Positions 48,010-63,893 of a stretch of 64,000 nt of DNA are shown here, one piece after another; position 1 is the first letter of the stretch, and every line of letters begins with the position of its first letter. Position numbers and translations under genes: made by a program. This stretch comes from the human T2T-CHM13v2.0 reference genome, Homo sapiens. The notes under the pieces are model-generated. The model was not told where the DNA came from and did no database searches. It saw only the letters and a program-made list of their open reading frames with translations. Where the stretch lies: the NCBI RefSeq assembly GCF_009914755.1, contig NC_060929.1; one strand, given 5' to 3'.

Positions 48010-50820
48010 TTTAAAGCTTTTGTTGTGAAATATTATGTACAGAAAAGTACACATAAAAATATATAACCCACTGATTTATCAAAAACATACATCCGTTTGA
48101 CCACCACCCAGATGAAATAGAATTCTGCTAGCTCCCCTAATCCTATCTTAGGCCTCCTTCCCTAAGAGTGAGCACTGTTCTGTTTTTATAGTAATCATTT
48201 CCTTGCTTTAAAAAAAATACTTTACCACCCAAACACTCATTCTTAAACACTATAGTTTAGATTTGCTTAATTTTGACCTACATATAAACAGAATCACATA
48301 ATATACAGTCTTTCGTATCTAACTTATTTTGCCCAATGTTATGTTTGTGAAAGTCATTCATTTTGTTTATGAGTCATAACTATGATTCACATTCATTTTC
48401 ATTGCTATATAGTAGTCCGTACAGCTGGCTTATGTAACTATACCAAAATGCATTTATTTATTTTTATACTAATAGAGAATTGGGTTTATTTCAGCTTGGG
48501 GCTATTATAAGTAATGCTATTCTGAACTTCCTTGTGTGTTTTTTTGGTACACATATGCAAAATTTTTGTTGGGTATATACCTATGCATTGATTTGCTTGG
48601 TCATAGCATGTGAGGATATTCAGCTTTCATAGGTACTGCCAATCTTCTATCACCATAGGTTAGGTTATTTTGCCTGTTCTTGAACCTCTTATAAATTGTA
48701 TTATACAGTACAGTATGTACTACTGTATCTGTAGCTTCTTTGGCTCAATATAATGCCTTTGAGATTCCTCTGGGTTGTTACACATACTAGAGGTTTGACT
48801 TTTTTGTTGTTTCTAAGTGTCATCTATTGTATGTGTATCTAAATTACCAATAATATATCAATTTATTTATCCGTTCTGTTGGACATTTGGATGTTTTCAG
48901 GTGTTGTATATTATGAGTAAAGTTGCTATGAACATTCGTGTTTGTGCCTTTTGGTGGACCTAAGCACCCAGTTCCCTCAGTATACATGCAGTAGTGGAAT
49001 TGCTGGGCCATGCACATTTAACCTTACTGGACACAAGAAGCAGTTTTTCAAAGTGGCTAAATCAATTTTCACTCCCACACAACTTCTAAGTCAGTTGATC
49101 CACATTCTCCCTGACACTTGATACTGGGAGTCTTTTTTAATTCTAGTCCTTCTGGTGGATGTGTAATGATATCTCAGTTTAGTTTTAATTTGCATTTCCT
49201 TCATGAGCAATGATGTTCAGCACCTTTTCATATGCTTACTGCTAATTGGATTACCCTTTTGTGAAATACTTTTTCAAATCTTTTACTTATGTTGTTAATT
49301 TAGTTGTCTCTTTATTATTGATTTATAGGAGTTTATATATTCTAGATATGCATCTTCTGTCAAATATATGTATTGCAAATATCTTCTCTTAGTCTGGCTT
49401 GTCTGTTTGCTTTCTTAATGATGTATTTTGATGAACAGCAGTTGTAATTTTGGTCAGGTTTAATTTATCATATTTTTAAATGATTAGTGCTTTTGTGTCC
49501 ACTTTAAGAAACCGCAACTACCCCAAGATCATGAAGATATTCTCCTATGTTTTATTCTGAGTTTTTATTGTTTTGTCTTATACATTTAGGTGTATGATCC
49601 TTTTTGACTGATGTAAAGTAAGAGGCAGATTATTTTCTTACACAGATTTCCAATTTCTTTAGCACCATGTGTTGAAAAGACTATTTTCCCCCACTTTTGA
49701 CCCCCCAAATTGACCATATATGTGTTTTTCTATTCTGGACTTTCTATTCTGATCCATCGGTCTATGTCCATGCTTATACCAATACCACACCATCTTAGGT
49801 CTTGAAATCTAATAGTCAGTGTACCCCAATTGTTGCTTTTCATCAAGTGTGTCTTGCCTCTTCTAAGTCCTTTGTATTTCTCTATAAATTTTAAAATAAC
49901 CTTGCCAATGTTTACACACTCCTCCCAAACACATTGAGATTTGGATTAATTGTACATTAACTATTAGATTAAATTGGAGAGAATGGCTATCTTCTCATCC
50001 ATGAACATGGACTAGCTCTCCATTTATATAGTTCTTTAATTTCTCTCAGCAAAATTTTGTGGTTTTCACATATTTTATTTTCTTTCATATATCTTATTAG
50101 ATCTGCTCTTTGGTATTTGATATTTTAAATTCTATTGTAAATGGTATTGTTTTTAAATTTTATTTTCTGTTTGTTAACTTTTTGTAATACACTCATCTTA
50201 TGATCTTTTATGTTTGTACTTCTTGTAATTATGTTTTTCAATCCTAATATTGGTTATTAGTACCTTGTATTTTCTTGATTAGTCTTCTTAGGAGTTTGTT
50301 AATGTTGTATCTTTTCAAAGAAACAAATTTTGGCTCTGTTGATCCTCTCTGTTGTAAATTTGTTTTCTATTTTTATTCGTGTCCACTCTCACCTTTATTA
50401 TTTTCATTCCTTTTCTCCCTTTGAATTTAGTTCGCTGTTCTTTTACTAATATCTTGAGATGGATGCTTAGCTAATTTATTTTCTGTGTTTTCTAATATGT
50501 AAAACTAAAGCCATAAATGTATCTCCGTTTACAACCTTATCTCACTACTATTTATATGTAGTTTTTCCATTAGCTTCCTTTTTTATATAAAATCTTTGTC
50601 TTTTTCATGAATGAAGGATCTTTTCTGTTCCTATATATTAGTTAAATTTTTTAGAAAAACATGTTTTCTTAGGCTCTCTTTATTCTATTTCTTCCAAATT
50701 CATTCTGTTTTTTCTTCCTTTATTCTTTCCTTCTTTTCTTCCTTATTTGCTTTCTTCCCTATCTGTTGGTCTGGTCTCTGTCTTTCCTATTGGAGACTTT
50801 CCTCCAGTGTCTGGTGATAC
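48010..50820 (-). mobile_element. Cluster of old L1ME-like fragments
   Basis: AT-rich; AGTGGAATTGCTGGG, GTTTTAATTTGCATTTCC, TGTTGAAAAGACTATTTTCCCCCAC and TCCATGAACATGG are L1 3'/ORF2 hallmarks; boundaries approximate. Confidence 0.8.
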
Positions 50821-52002
50821 TTGGCATTCTCTTCATAGTTAAGAGCAAGGCTAAAGAAAAAGAAAATCTGAGTACAAGAGAGAGGGCCTTGGCAACTGGG
50901 TAGCATTGCTGTGTGGCAACGGAATGACCCACAGACGTCTCTCTCTACATGGGACCATTCACATTCTCCAGAGTCAGACCCTTCAAGCTGTTATATAGAA
51001 AGATAATCCCAGCTGCTACTCTGCTGGCCATTTGGGAATTGGGAAGTGGAGCTCTCAGGACCCAAATGCAGACTTTCTCTTCAACTTCTTATTTGCAGTC
51101 TGGCTTCTGCTTCTGCCTTCTGTTGTGCCTGATGCCCCTAAGCCCAGAGCTCCTTGTTCTAATTGTTCTAGAGGATAAACTCCTCCTTCTTGGGAAAATG
51201 GGAAAAAAGAACACTTGGCTGCAGGGTGAGGCAGTCAGGCAATCTAACTGCTCCTGATACAGAACTTCAACACATTCCTCTGTGTTTGGCCCCTCAGCTC
51301 ACCCGCCTTCTCTGTAGTACCTGGTGCCTCCAATCTCTGAGGCCCTCCTGGCTTCATGTAGGCAGATTGGCTTCTTATCACCACCTCCCTCCTCTGCTCT
51401 GGAAGCTCTGGAAGGTCAGTTATGTCCTCCCACCTCCTGGCACACATATTGTGTGGCAGGTTTATGAATGTCTCCAAGTTTCACTGAAGATTTCAGTTTC
51501 TCCTTCACCTTGTCATTTCTGGGAGACCTCCAATAGAAGTAAGCAGAAATATCTTTATGTCACCATCATGAAAGCAATTTTTCCCCCAAGTAATTCATAA
51601 TCTACCCCTTTGCTCCCCTGGTTATGTTTCCCTGAGACCACACAACTAAAGTTCTCAGTTCTCTTTCTGACAGTGCCCACCATGGCTCTGCTACTCTCCC
51701 TTAAGGTAGCTGACACTTAGACAGTATCCACTGACCTCCTATGGGGACAAATAAGACTTCAACTCCCTCACATCAATCCTCTCTTCTTCCCTCATCTTCC
51801 TAAGGCTTTTATTATCATTTTTCAGAGCTCCCTACTGGGGGGTTAACTTTATGATATTAGCACATTCATATCCTTCTTCAGCAGCTGTATGAAGTGCAAT
51901 TGGCTCCATGTGGTAAGATGAGGCTATGCCCCCTCCTCTGTTTTCTCTCAGCTCTTGCCTTCCTCTATCTCTCAGCTTCTGACATTCATCCTTTCACTTT
52001 AG

Positions 52003-52593
<591 letters not shown>

Positions 52594-53254
52594 TGAAGTT
52601 GGAGGGGATCCAGCAAAGGAAGCTGCTTCCAAAGAGAAGATAATGATGGCCAGCATTGCTGGATCCCATCCAGGGGAACCCTCCTGGAAACTTGGTCCAG
52701 CAAAAGTAACCCCCAGACAAACTCCAGTTACAACTGGATTGTGCAGATACCAACTACTCAAGGGACTGTGTAATAATAATGAAAGCTACACTGATGCAGC
52801 ATCTACTATGTGCCAGGCCTGATTCAAGCACTTGACATCTACTAGGTCATTTAATCCTCACCACAAGCCTGAGAGGCAGGAAAGATTTTTAATCCTTTGT
52901 ATTTCTTCTGAGGTTCAGAAGGTCAGGCAACTTGCCAGAGGCTATGTGGCAAATGAATGTGGGGCAGAATTTGCATCTGGCTCTGTTAGTTTAAGGCCAG
53001 TGATTTTGACCGCTGAGCTCCTTGGCCTAAAGAGGCCATGAGCCTGGTGCTTACGGGGTGCTTCTTCATCCTTTTCCTTATTAACTGGTGTTATAAAATG
53101 TCAAGGCCATGCAATTCCTTTAAAACCATCTGGTCCAGCCTTCCCATTTTACAGATGGTAAAACTGAGACCCAGAGAAGAAAAGTGAATTACTGGAAGAA
53201 CCTACAGATGCACTCAGGTCTCTTGATTCAAAGATTTTTTTCCATGAGGCAGTT

Positions 53255-53993
53255 TGTCACTTTCAATACTCCCTACATGAAGTCCCTGTAATGCAATTCT
53301 GGTGCTAACTCCCTGGAGTTAGGTCACATTTCACAGGTTAGAAGCACAGTCTTAGACACTTCCCACTTCAAACACCAACCATAAGCTTCAGGGACCCAGG
53401 CCACCCACACTTCTGCCTAACTGGTTACAAACTGGGAGATTCCCACTACCCCATCAGGTTTCATAATTCACTAGAATAATTCACAGAACTCAGGAAAGCA
53501 TGATACTTATGATTTCAGTTTATGATACAAATCAAGACCAGCCAGGTAAAGAGACACAGAGTGAGGTCCAGGAGGGTCCCAAACATGAAGTTTCCACGTA
53601 TTCCAGATGCATCCCCCTTCTGGCACATTGATGTATGATTACCAGCCAGAGAAGTTCACTAGAGCCTAATGTCCAGAGTTTTTATTGGGGTTTTATTATG
53701 TAGTCATGATAGATTGAACCATTGGCCATGTGATGGAAATCAGTCTCTGGGCCTGTCCACTCCCTGGAGGTTGAGCTGATACCACATGGCTTAAAGCCCC
53801 AGCCCAGCCCTATAATCATAGAGCTGGTCTTTCTGGCCATCAGGAGCCATCTTATTAGCATAAAATCAAGTATGGTCAAGGGGGCCACCATGAATAATAA
53901 CAAGGATACTACTATCACATAGGAAATTCCAAAGTTTTAGATATTACCTTCCAGGAACCAGGAGTAAAGGTCATCCACATTCTTCATTCTACA
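53255..53993. mobile_element. MER21-like ERVL LTR
   Basis: CAATTCTGGTGCTAACTCCCTGGAGTTAG, CACAGAACTCAGGAAAGCA, CATCTTATTAGCATAAA and GGAAATTCCAAAG. Confidence 0.7.
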
Positions 53994-54086
53994 AGAACGC
54001 CCTAGCCTCAGCCAGCCAGGAACTTTTGTGCTGATGCTCCACTCAGCCCCACAACTCTGCCCTGCCTAGGTGGAGGAAGAAGGTGA

Positions 54087-54545
<459 letters not shown>

Positions 54546-55379
54546 TGATCTCTGTCAGCCAGGCAGAGCTCCTCACCAAGCCTGCATCCTTCTGGAATAT
54601 TGTCACCTCTCATAGGGATCTGTTCCCTTTCAAGGAAGCTCCTCCCAACCACGATGGGATGTCTCCATTGCAGAGCTCTTCCTCCTGCACCACCTACCCA
54701 CCCCTCTGTCGGGGGTCTTCCCTCCCTTGCCCCTTCCACCTTCCTGGAGCCCTCTGGCCATCATTGTTGGACCCTCCAGAAACTTCCCTGCGGGCCTCAG
54801 AGGTTACTCTTGCCCAGAGGGAAAAGGATGGAAACGTCTTCTGTTTCACAGTTCTAGGGGGCATCATTCACAATTCTAGGGGGCACCATTCACCCTGCCC
54901 AACTCATCTGTTCTAATCATAGATACATGAGCAACCCAGCACTTACCATATGCCAAGAATATGCCAAGGGTTCCTCAGACATCATCTCATGGCCACTCTG
55001 CAAGGTCTCTGCGAAGACCTCCATTTACTGAAAAGGAAATGATGGCTTGAAGAGGTTGAGTGATTTACCCAAAGTTATTCATTCAGCTAAGAACTGGCCG
55101 TGCCTGGATTTGAATCCACATTCATGCTTTCAACCAGTCTTCTCTCCTCACCACCAGTTTCTTTTCTATGGCTCACTTCTTTCAATTTCATTTTACCACG
55201 AATAAAATAAAGTGAACTTTACTCATCACATTTAACTGTTTGTGCATTGAGCAAGTTGCTCCCCAAATCCTCTGCCAGATTTGCTGATCTACTCCAGACC
55301 CTGTAGTGACAGCTCAGGCAGCCCAAAGGTCCCCTTCAGCTTCCTGGGTCCTTGCAAGGCAGTTCTACTGAAGCTCTAA

Positions 55380-55595
<216 letters not shown>

Positions 55596-56497
55596 TGAGG
55601 CAGATTGCCTCTCCAGCGCTGTTAGCACATTTCCACTACATGCTGGGCACAAAACCCAGGGCTTCCAGATATGGGCTTCCTGAAGCCTGCCACTGCGGTG
55701 CTATGGGTATTGCAGAGGCGGCACCTGAGGAGCTGAGAGGTGAAGTGCTTACTCGTGCCCAGGCAGCTGGGGTGGCTGGGACATGACAGAGCTGGGAGTT
55801 GAGCCCTGACCTTTGCACTTCAGAGCCTGTGTGTATCCTTTCCACCATCACACAGGGCTTTTCCAGGCTGGGGAGAATCCACCTGTTCTCCCACCAAAAG
55901 GGAGAGCAGCCCACTTGGTACTGAGCTAGGTGTTTCTATAGCCCCCAGCCCCAGGCCTATTCTAACCACTGATGTCTCAGACCCCTGCAAGCCCCTCCTG
56001 TGTGCCAGGAGTCCAGGTGGGGATACAGGGATGAAATCTCACTGTCCTGGCTTTGAGAGTGTTGGTCTTGTAAACTAACGATTATTTAAAAATGAGACTT
56101 GGTTTCAGACAGCCCTGGATTCAATCTTAGTTTCCCCCTGGAAAAGAGGTTTGTTGGAAGTGTTCTGGGAACCTGGGAGTGGGAGATGGATTAACTGCCC
56201 TGGCAAGGGAGGGGTGCCAAATGAAAGAGCAAGGGGCCAACCAAGATGCCTTAGTGAAGAAAGGGCCCTCCAGAAACTTCCCAGTGGGCCTCGCAGGCTA
56301 CTCTTGCGTGGATGGATAAGAATGGAAATGTCTTCTGTGTTTGTCGATTCTAGGGGACACCATTTACATGATAGTCTAAATGAATGTCCGCCACCCCCGC
56401 CTGTAGTTGTGTAGTGTGCAACCTGTGCAACCATATGTGGCAGGCTGGCATGGAATGGTATAATACAGAATAAATGAACTTGGAGCCAGCTTCATAG

Positions 56498-56755
<258 letters not shown>

Positions 56756-58281
56756 TAGAGATAGTGCAGGCCACCAGCCTTGTGGGTGGAGGATGGATGG
56801 GAACTGTGTCTACACAACAAAGTGGGCCAGGCATCCTGGAGTGAGAGGCTCTGCTCATAGCCACCCACCCTCTAATCTCTCCCCACACCCACCACTTCCT
56901 GGGGGTGACACCATCCCAGCAAGCTCCAGCAGGGACAGGGGAGAGGCCTGCTGTCCCTTGGGCCCTCAGGATTCACTGAGCATCCATTTGTCACACTAGG
57001 TGGCCCCTTGTTCTCAGTTAGCCAGGCCTCCCCAGGGGCCAGAAGTTTGCCCTTGGTATGTCCCTAAGACCTGTGGCTTCTTTGTGGACCTGGAAGACTC
57101 TTTCTGGCTTTACAGAAATGGCCACCACATCTTATAGCTGCAAAGTGTTTGGTGCATAGATGCTACCTATCTGCCACCGTCGTCACTCACTCACTGTCCA
57201 GTGAGGAGGTTAGAGCACAGCCGATGGTCCTAACTCACAGAAGGGAATCTGAGGCCCTAACAGGGGACATGGCATGCCTGAGAGCACTCCATCTGGTAGG
57301 CAGAAGTCCTTGACGTCTGCTGCTATGTGCCTGGCTCTGTGTGCTAAGGGCCAGGTCAGAAGGGAACAAGACAGGACCAGTGCTGCCCTGTGGAACTCAG
57401 CAGGCCGATCATGGTGAAGACGCTTGCTGTTTCCTGAACATTGAGGGTGCCAGGCCCTGCGCCAACTGCTACTCCTTCTTTATTTCATTTACTCCACTGC
57501 GCATACCCAGGAAGTAGTTCATGTTATCCACCCCATTGTATGGATGAGGAAACTGGGGCACTGAGAACATCACTCTCTTGCCTATCACCAGCCAGCAAAT
57601 GGCAGAGACTGAGTTCAGACCCAGGCCCTCTTCCCTGGAACAGGCACCTACCCACTGCCCCGCCACCACCCCCAGGATAGCCTGAACACAGCTGCAACAT
57701 TTGGCCCAAGCCATTTCACTGGTATCTGCTCAGCAGGTCTCACCACACCCTGGCGGTCTGGGCTCTTTCTCCCATTTGGCCAATGTCAAAACCAGCAGTC
57801 AGAGAGTAACTAATTTTTCATGTCTCTGTGACGCCAAGCTGGGGCTGTAACCACTAGGTCATCTGGCCCCTCCACCAGGTGACACGTGGGTTTGAGACTC
57901 TCTTCCCGCTGTCTCCTGCAATGGGGAGAGAAATCCAGGGTGTTGGTGTTGGGAGCTGGAGGAAGAGTAAGCTCACACTGTCCCCTGCCTTGGAGCAGAA
58001 GGTTCTGTTTCCTGGGGATGTCAGGGCTTTGGGGCAAGGTTTTGACCAGGAGCCAGGAGGCTGAACCCTTGTCTGTAGGGTGGGCAATCTTCACTGCAAG
58101 AGGACAGCTTCAATGTCCCCTGGCACGGCAGGAAATAGGCATCCTGCCTCCTGCTTGGCACATACAATGTGTGATCCCTGGATGCTGGCTCTGTCCCCCA
58201 GCCCTCCCCCTGTCTACCTCCCCCAAGGCACTGCCCCTCCTCTACCCACCCATTCACACCCCAGCTCTGCTCTCCTTCCAG

Positions 58282-58424
58282 CCCTGGCGCTCTCAGTGGC
58301 AGGCATCCCTGGGTTGGATGAGGCCAACACATCTCCCCGCCTCAGCCAGACCTTCCTCCAACTCTCAGATGGTGACAAGAAGACACTCACACGGAAGAAG
58401 GTCAATCAGTTCTTCAAGACAATG
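58282..58424 (+). CDS. DOCK2: DOCK2 coding exon (51): (A)[20 protein letters not shown]...[10 protein letters not shown]
   Basis: tctccttccAG acceptor, ATG|GTGAGG donor; 143 nt. Confidence 0.95.
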
Positions 58425-59235
58425 GTGAGGACATTGAGGGTGGAAGGAAAGGAAGGCATTGGGAGGAGAAAGGGAAGAGAGCAATGCAGAGAGAAGAAAA
58501 TGGGGGGTTGTGTGTGCATATGTGGTCATTCCTAGGGAGGCATAGTCAGGAGGCCCTGAGTTCTGGGACACTGTGCAGCAATGCCCAGAGGGCAGTTCTC
58601 CTCTGGGGCCTCAGGCAGCTCCTCTGACCAGGATTGACCCCAGCTAGGGATGTGCAGGACCCAGGGACCTCAGAAGCAGTAGGTGGCCTACCCTCGCCTA
58701 AACTGCCCCTTAGTGCTCCAGCCCTTTTTTATTCAACCTATATCACAAAATCCTACAAATTGAACATTAGTTTCCAAGCGCTGATTCTGCAAGTCCCATC
58801 TCCTATTGTTACTTGTTGGCCTTTGCTCAAGATCAAGAAGGTACCATAACACATCTGATCCTCAAGGTAATATGAAATCAGGACTCTGCTACTACAAATA
58901 TCTCAAGTTTACCATGAGCACACGATGAGTCAGGCACCATGCTAAGCACTTCCCAAGCATGGTGCCATTTGAGCTCCCACTCTTAGGATTTTATATGGGA
59001 GGCTCACAGGGTTTGGTAAGTGAGGTGCCCAAGTCCACATGGCTAGTGAGCCTGGGCTCACTCTACTGTCTACCACTGCCTTTCTGGCCAAAGCCAAGGG
59101 CATAGCAGCTCACATTCACTGGGCTTTGGGCAGGGGTCAGTGTTGAGGCCCTTGTGATTAGGACTGGGAAGCTCCATTTTGGTGCTTAATCTGATAATCG
59201 CATCTTGGTTTTGTGCTTGTTTATTCTCTCAAAAG

Positions 59236-59298
59236 CTGGCCAGCAAATCGGCTGAAGAAGGCAAACAGATCCCAGACTCGCTGTCCACGGACCTGTGA
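59236..59298 (+). CDS. DOCK2: DOCK2 terminal coding segment (52): LASKSAEEGKQIPDSLSTDL-stop
   Basis: ttctctcaaaAG acceptor; TGA at 59296-59298; matches the recalled DOCK2 C-terminus. Confidence 0.94.
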   Translation: MASKSAEEGKQIPDSLSTDL

Positions 59299-59820
59299 GC
59301 TGCTGCTGACTAGGGCTGCATGGGAGAGCCAGGGAGGGGAGTTTCTGGAAGAGGAAAGCCATGCGTGGAACATCGAAGCCTCAGAGAGTGGGAGACTGTC
59401 CCCATCAGTTGTCCTTACTTAGAGGAGACAGAGAGGCCAATCAGGTCCCAGAGCTTGAATGCTAACAAGCCCAGCATCCCCTGGGGCTGTGATCATGGTG
59501 GATGAGGAAGCCTCAACGTAGATTCCTGAACTCAAGGTACCAGCAAGAATGCCTTCTCCCAGTGTGCTCTCCCCAACATCCTAGGCACAGCTTTCATAAC
59601 CCAGTTTCTTAGGTGTAAGAAACTGTTTTTATCTCATTTATTAAGTCTCAGAACTTAACAGAAAAGGAAGCCTTTTAAATATTCTTTTTAATTTTATTTT
59701 AGATTAACAGTTTTGTACTTTACATTTTTTTATACAACCAACCAGTTTCTTTTCTAGCCAATCATCTCTGAAGAGTTGCTGTTTCTTACTGACAATAAAA
59801 AATGTTCTCTTGGTTCGAAT
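59299..59820 (+). other. DOCK2: DOCK2 3' UTR (end approximate)
   Basis: Follows the stop codon; U-rich stretch at about 59675-59735, then AATAAA; cleavage site inferred about 20 nt after the signal. Confidence 0.8.
59794..59799 (+). terminator. Polyadenylation signal AATAAA of DOCK2
   Basis: First canonical AATAAA after the stop; upstream TGTA and U-rich elements, downstream TTGTTG. Confidence 0.85.
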
Positions 59821-62800
59821 AAGCCTTGTTGCCTGATTCTGTTGGCTGACTCTCCTGGGCCCAGGACTGGGCAGGAAGCTCCCTGGAAGGAAGGCAGGCC
59901 CAGGGGCTGCAGTGATGTGAAGGAGCCTGGTGATGCCCTTGCCCAATGCCAAATTTCCCCACCTCATCTATGAGAAGATTCTTCAAGAATCTCCATGACT
60001 CTTGTTCCTTAGGTGCCAAACCCTGGGCTACCAGCATGTTAAAAAAGTTGCCCTGGTCTTCCTCACGAATCTGAATAGTGGAGTGTCATACCTCCTTTCT
60101 TCACCTTTAGAAAGAGATGGCAAGACCACCCAAGCCAGGTCACTCTAGTAAAGACCAAACATAATGCCAAAGAGTTAGGAAAAGAGGGGTCTGAGGTCCA
60201 GTGGACTTATGGTCCAGCTCTTGGATCTTGTCACCGGCTCCCAAGTGGTGGCTTTTCTTGGAGGAATTCTCAGGTTTTTCAGATGAGGCCCAAAGGAGGT
60301 GAGTAGCTTTGTCAGGCAGCAGCAAGAGAGGATGGGAGCAAAGTCCCACGTCTGGATCCTACAGAGAGCAGGGAGCTGTGCAGGGGAGGGGTCCAGAAGG
60401 AGGCGGAGGACTGCATTTGAGAAGGAAATTAATACTGGGTAAGTGCATGACAACACAGGTTTCAGAACTAGAGCCATCTGGAAACCTTGGGGTGGATGCT
60501 CATTTACAGGCTGGGTCCCTGGGGTATAGTAAGAGATGAGAAAGAATGATGATGGTAGCTCAAATTTATTGAGCCCTGACTGTCTCTGGGACAGTGTTAT
60601 AGACATGATAAGAATGAACTTCCTAAGTCTAGACAGCAGCCCTAGGAGGTAGATACGATTGCTACCCAGATGAAGAAATGGAGGCACAGAAGCATGAAGT
60701 GACCCAAGATCACACGCTTAGTAATGGAATGGCTGGGATTCAAACCCAGACAGCTGGGTGGGAAGCCTGACTCTTAGGCACCACCCTACATTGTCTCTGG
60801 GACACCTTAGTGCACAGAATATCCTGAGTCTTGGTAGCCTTTATCCACCCCAGCCTGTCCCTGGTGGCCTCTATGTCCCTGCTGCAAGCCCCATTTGAAG
60901 ACGTGTTGCCTAGTTCAGCTTCTAGTTTCCTCAACAGTCTAAAAAGTCCTGTTGCGATGATTGTTGGGGTTTGGGCTACAACAAACACCTTTGGGTTCCC
61001 TAAGGTGAGTAAGCAGCACCTGGAGGATTGGACTCTATTACGAGCTTGGCTTCTCATGCCTGCTTTTTCTCTTATTATGAACTGATAAAATCCTACTGTT
61101 TAGCTTTGACATGTAAGCCCTTCCAAATACCAGTGGGCAGTGGGGGCCAGGGAGGAGGGGGCAAATCTCAACAAGGAAAAGAAAATGGTTCTCCCTTTTC
61201 CCACAACTACAGAAAAGCAGATATGATCCTGTGCCTTGAAACTGCAGATGTTACCCTCACTCGGGAGTACTGAAAAACACCCATACTCAGAGGTTGTTGC
61301 TATGTCGTCCCGAGAAAGTAAGCTTTAACCCCTAAAAATTCTGTAACTGATTGATCTTCTCGCTTAACACCGTGTGACCCTGGTAATAATATTTCTGAGT
61401 TCTATTTTCTGAAGATTATCAGTATCTATGAGTTTTCTTATTAAGTCTGAAGGGGACCATTGGCACTTCCCTGTTTTCCCATATAAATGGAGCAAGACGT
61501 TAAACCCATAAACAGGGTTTGAAAGTCAAATGTCATTTCAGTTAAGAAATGAGGTTGACAGCCCACTTAATCCTTTGCCAGAAAAATTTTAGATGCTGCC
61601 ATCACATGGCAGGAAAAACAATGCCAGTAGTAATAACAATAACAAGCAATAATAATAATACAGCTGCCACTTACCAGGCACTTACTCTATATGTCATTTC
61701 CTTAAATCCTCACACCAATCCTATGAGCTAGACACTACGGTCCCAATCACATTGATGTGAAACTCAATTCCAAGGTTGAGGAGTTTGTGATGTGGCCTTG
61801 TCACCTGACTAGTAAGGGACACAGCCATCTCTATCCACACCAAGCCTCGTGATCTTAATCCACACATTCACTTTATACCTGGGACCTCAGCTCAATGTCA
61901 GACTCTATTTCACCGTCCATGATTGTTTGCAAGTCTTCTCCTACAATGCCAATGGTGGCACCTGGGAAAAATGAAGGTGGGGTTAGGCATTTGGCATAGC
62001 CCTCCTGGTACCACCGATGTTCCCTTATTGTATACAAGTTCTGTCCAAAACAAGCTAGTCATCTCAAGGAAGGGTGTATGTCTCAGAATTTCCAGAAGGA
62101 GGTAGCATTGGATGGGATTGGAGGAAGGATCTCTTTATATGTCTTCCCTTCTTGATGCTGTTTTCTGGGACCCTTAGGGACCACTTCATCCAGTGCTCTC
62201 ATTTTACACAGTTAAGTGATCTCTCCAATGGCTGTGATCAGCAGGACCCAATCTGGAATCCAGGTCTTCTTCCAGGTAATCTCCCATCAGTGGAAATCTC
62301 TCACCTTCTCTTTAAGCACCCAGTGACGCTTGTTCTCTGTCTCCAAGACAGGGTTGATATCTGCGATTCATACTTTGGTTTGATCTAGAGCACTACATTC
62401 CCTTCCTTTCCTTAAGGGAGGGGTATTTTTAGCCTTTATTCCTAAGCATGGAGTAGAAGTCTTCCTTCTTTCTTCTAGGCTTTCAGGCTTATGTCAGCAA
62501 GTAGAAGAGAAATTGAGGGAAACAAATGGCCTTCCCAGCATCCAAAATCAGGCTGGGCTCTGCTTTCCAGACATGCTAACCTGTAACACATCTGTATGCC
62601 TCTCCTGGCTGAAACCTGGGTGTTTCTGCCTCCCTGCCATAGCTTCAGTTCCCTAGGAAACAGATCCTCAGGCAATGATTGAATGCCATGCTCTTTTGGG
62701 GCTGTGCAATCTTAGGGTGAAGGAAAGAGGGAAAAGGGATTGGAAGCAATGAAAGTTGAGGTATTAACTCTACTTGTCTCTGGTTCACACTAAGCCACAA

Positions 62801-62895
62801 AGAGACTCAACTTGTCAGGCAGCATTGAGCAGGGTATCTTTGGGCAGGGTATAATAGAGAAATCAAACCCCAGAAGAGTCTGTAAAAAGGAGAAA

Positions 62896-63237
<342 letters not shown>

Positions 63238-63708
63238 CTAGTAGTAAGTTCCCCCTGTTGGGTATGGTAAAACCCTTCATGGTTTTACCTGTGGATTGCA
63301 TCATTTAGCCCTTTCAGTAGCTGCTTGGGAAGCTAGATCCCACGCCCCACAAAGTGGCATTCCATCCAAGGGCAGAATTTGTGTAAGAAACCAGCAACTC
63401 AGGGAATAAGCCAGTAGTCTGGGCTCTGTTGCAGCAAGAAAAGGGAAGAGCAAGGCCTTATGGACAAGCAACTGGTGGACTCCAGGTGGGAGGACCATGT
63501 GAACCTAAGTTGGCTGCAGTGGCTACTGAGGTAGAGCAGACAGCTGGCGTCCCAGAAAACCATGGCCTCTGAAGGAGCCGAAAAGGCATATGAGATTGTC
63601 TGGGACATTCAGACCCTCACATGCCCCTTCTGTTATCTCCTGCTCCTATTATAGCTTGTGAATCTTCTCTCTCTCTCTCTCTCTCTGTGTGTGTGAGTGT
63701 GTGTATAA

Positions 63709-63893
63709 GATGTACTTTCTCCTTTCCTACAAAAAGATGAACAAATCCATATGCTTTCTCCTTTCCTAGGAGGGGATGTCCAAGTCCATGTGCTTTTTCC
63801 TTTCCACATGTCCAAGTCCACATGTTTTCTTTCCCATAAGAGATGTCCAAATTCATGTGCTTTCTCCTTTCCCAAGAAGGGATGTCCCAGTCC
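63709..63893. repeat. Degenerate ~39-bp minisatellite, about 5 copies, preceded by (CT)n(GT)n
   Basis: Unit approximately ATGTGCTTTCTCCTTTCCTAGGAGGGGATGTCCAAGTCC. Confidence 0.85.

Noticed and set aside
63709-63893. CRISPR-like array, or any prokaryotic or novel multi-gene system in the window
   Set aside because: The repeats are contiguous and degenerate with no unique spacers; the window is explained by one spliced mammalian gene plus interspersed repeats
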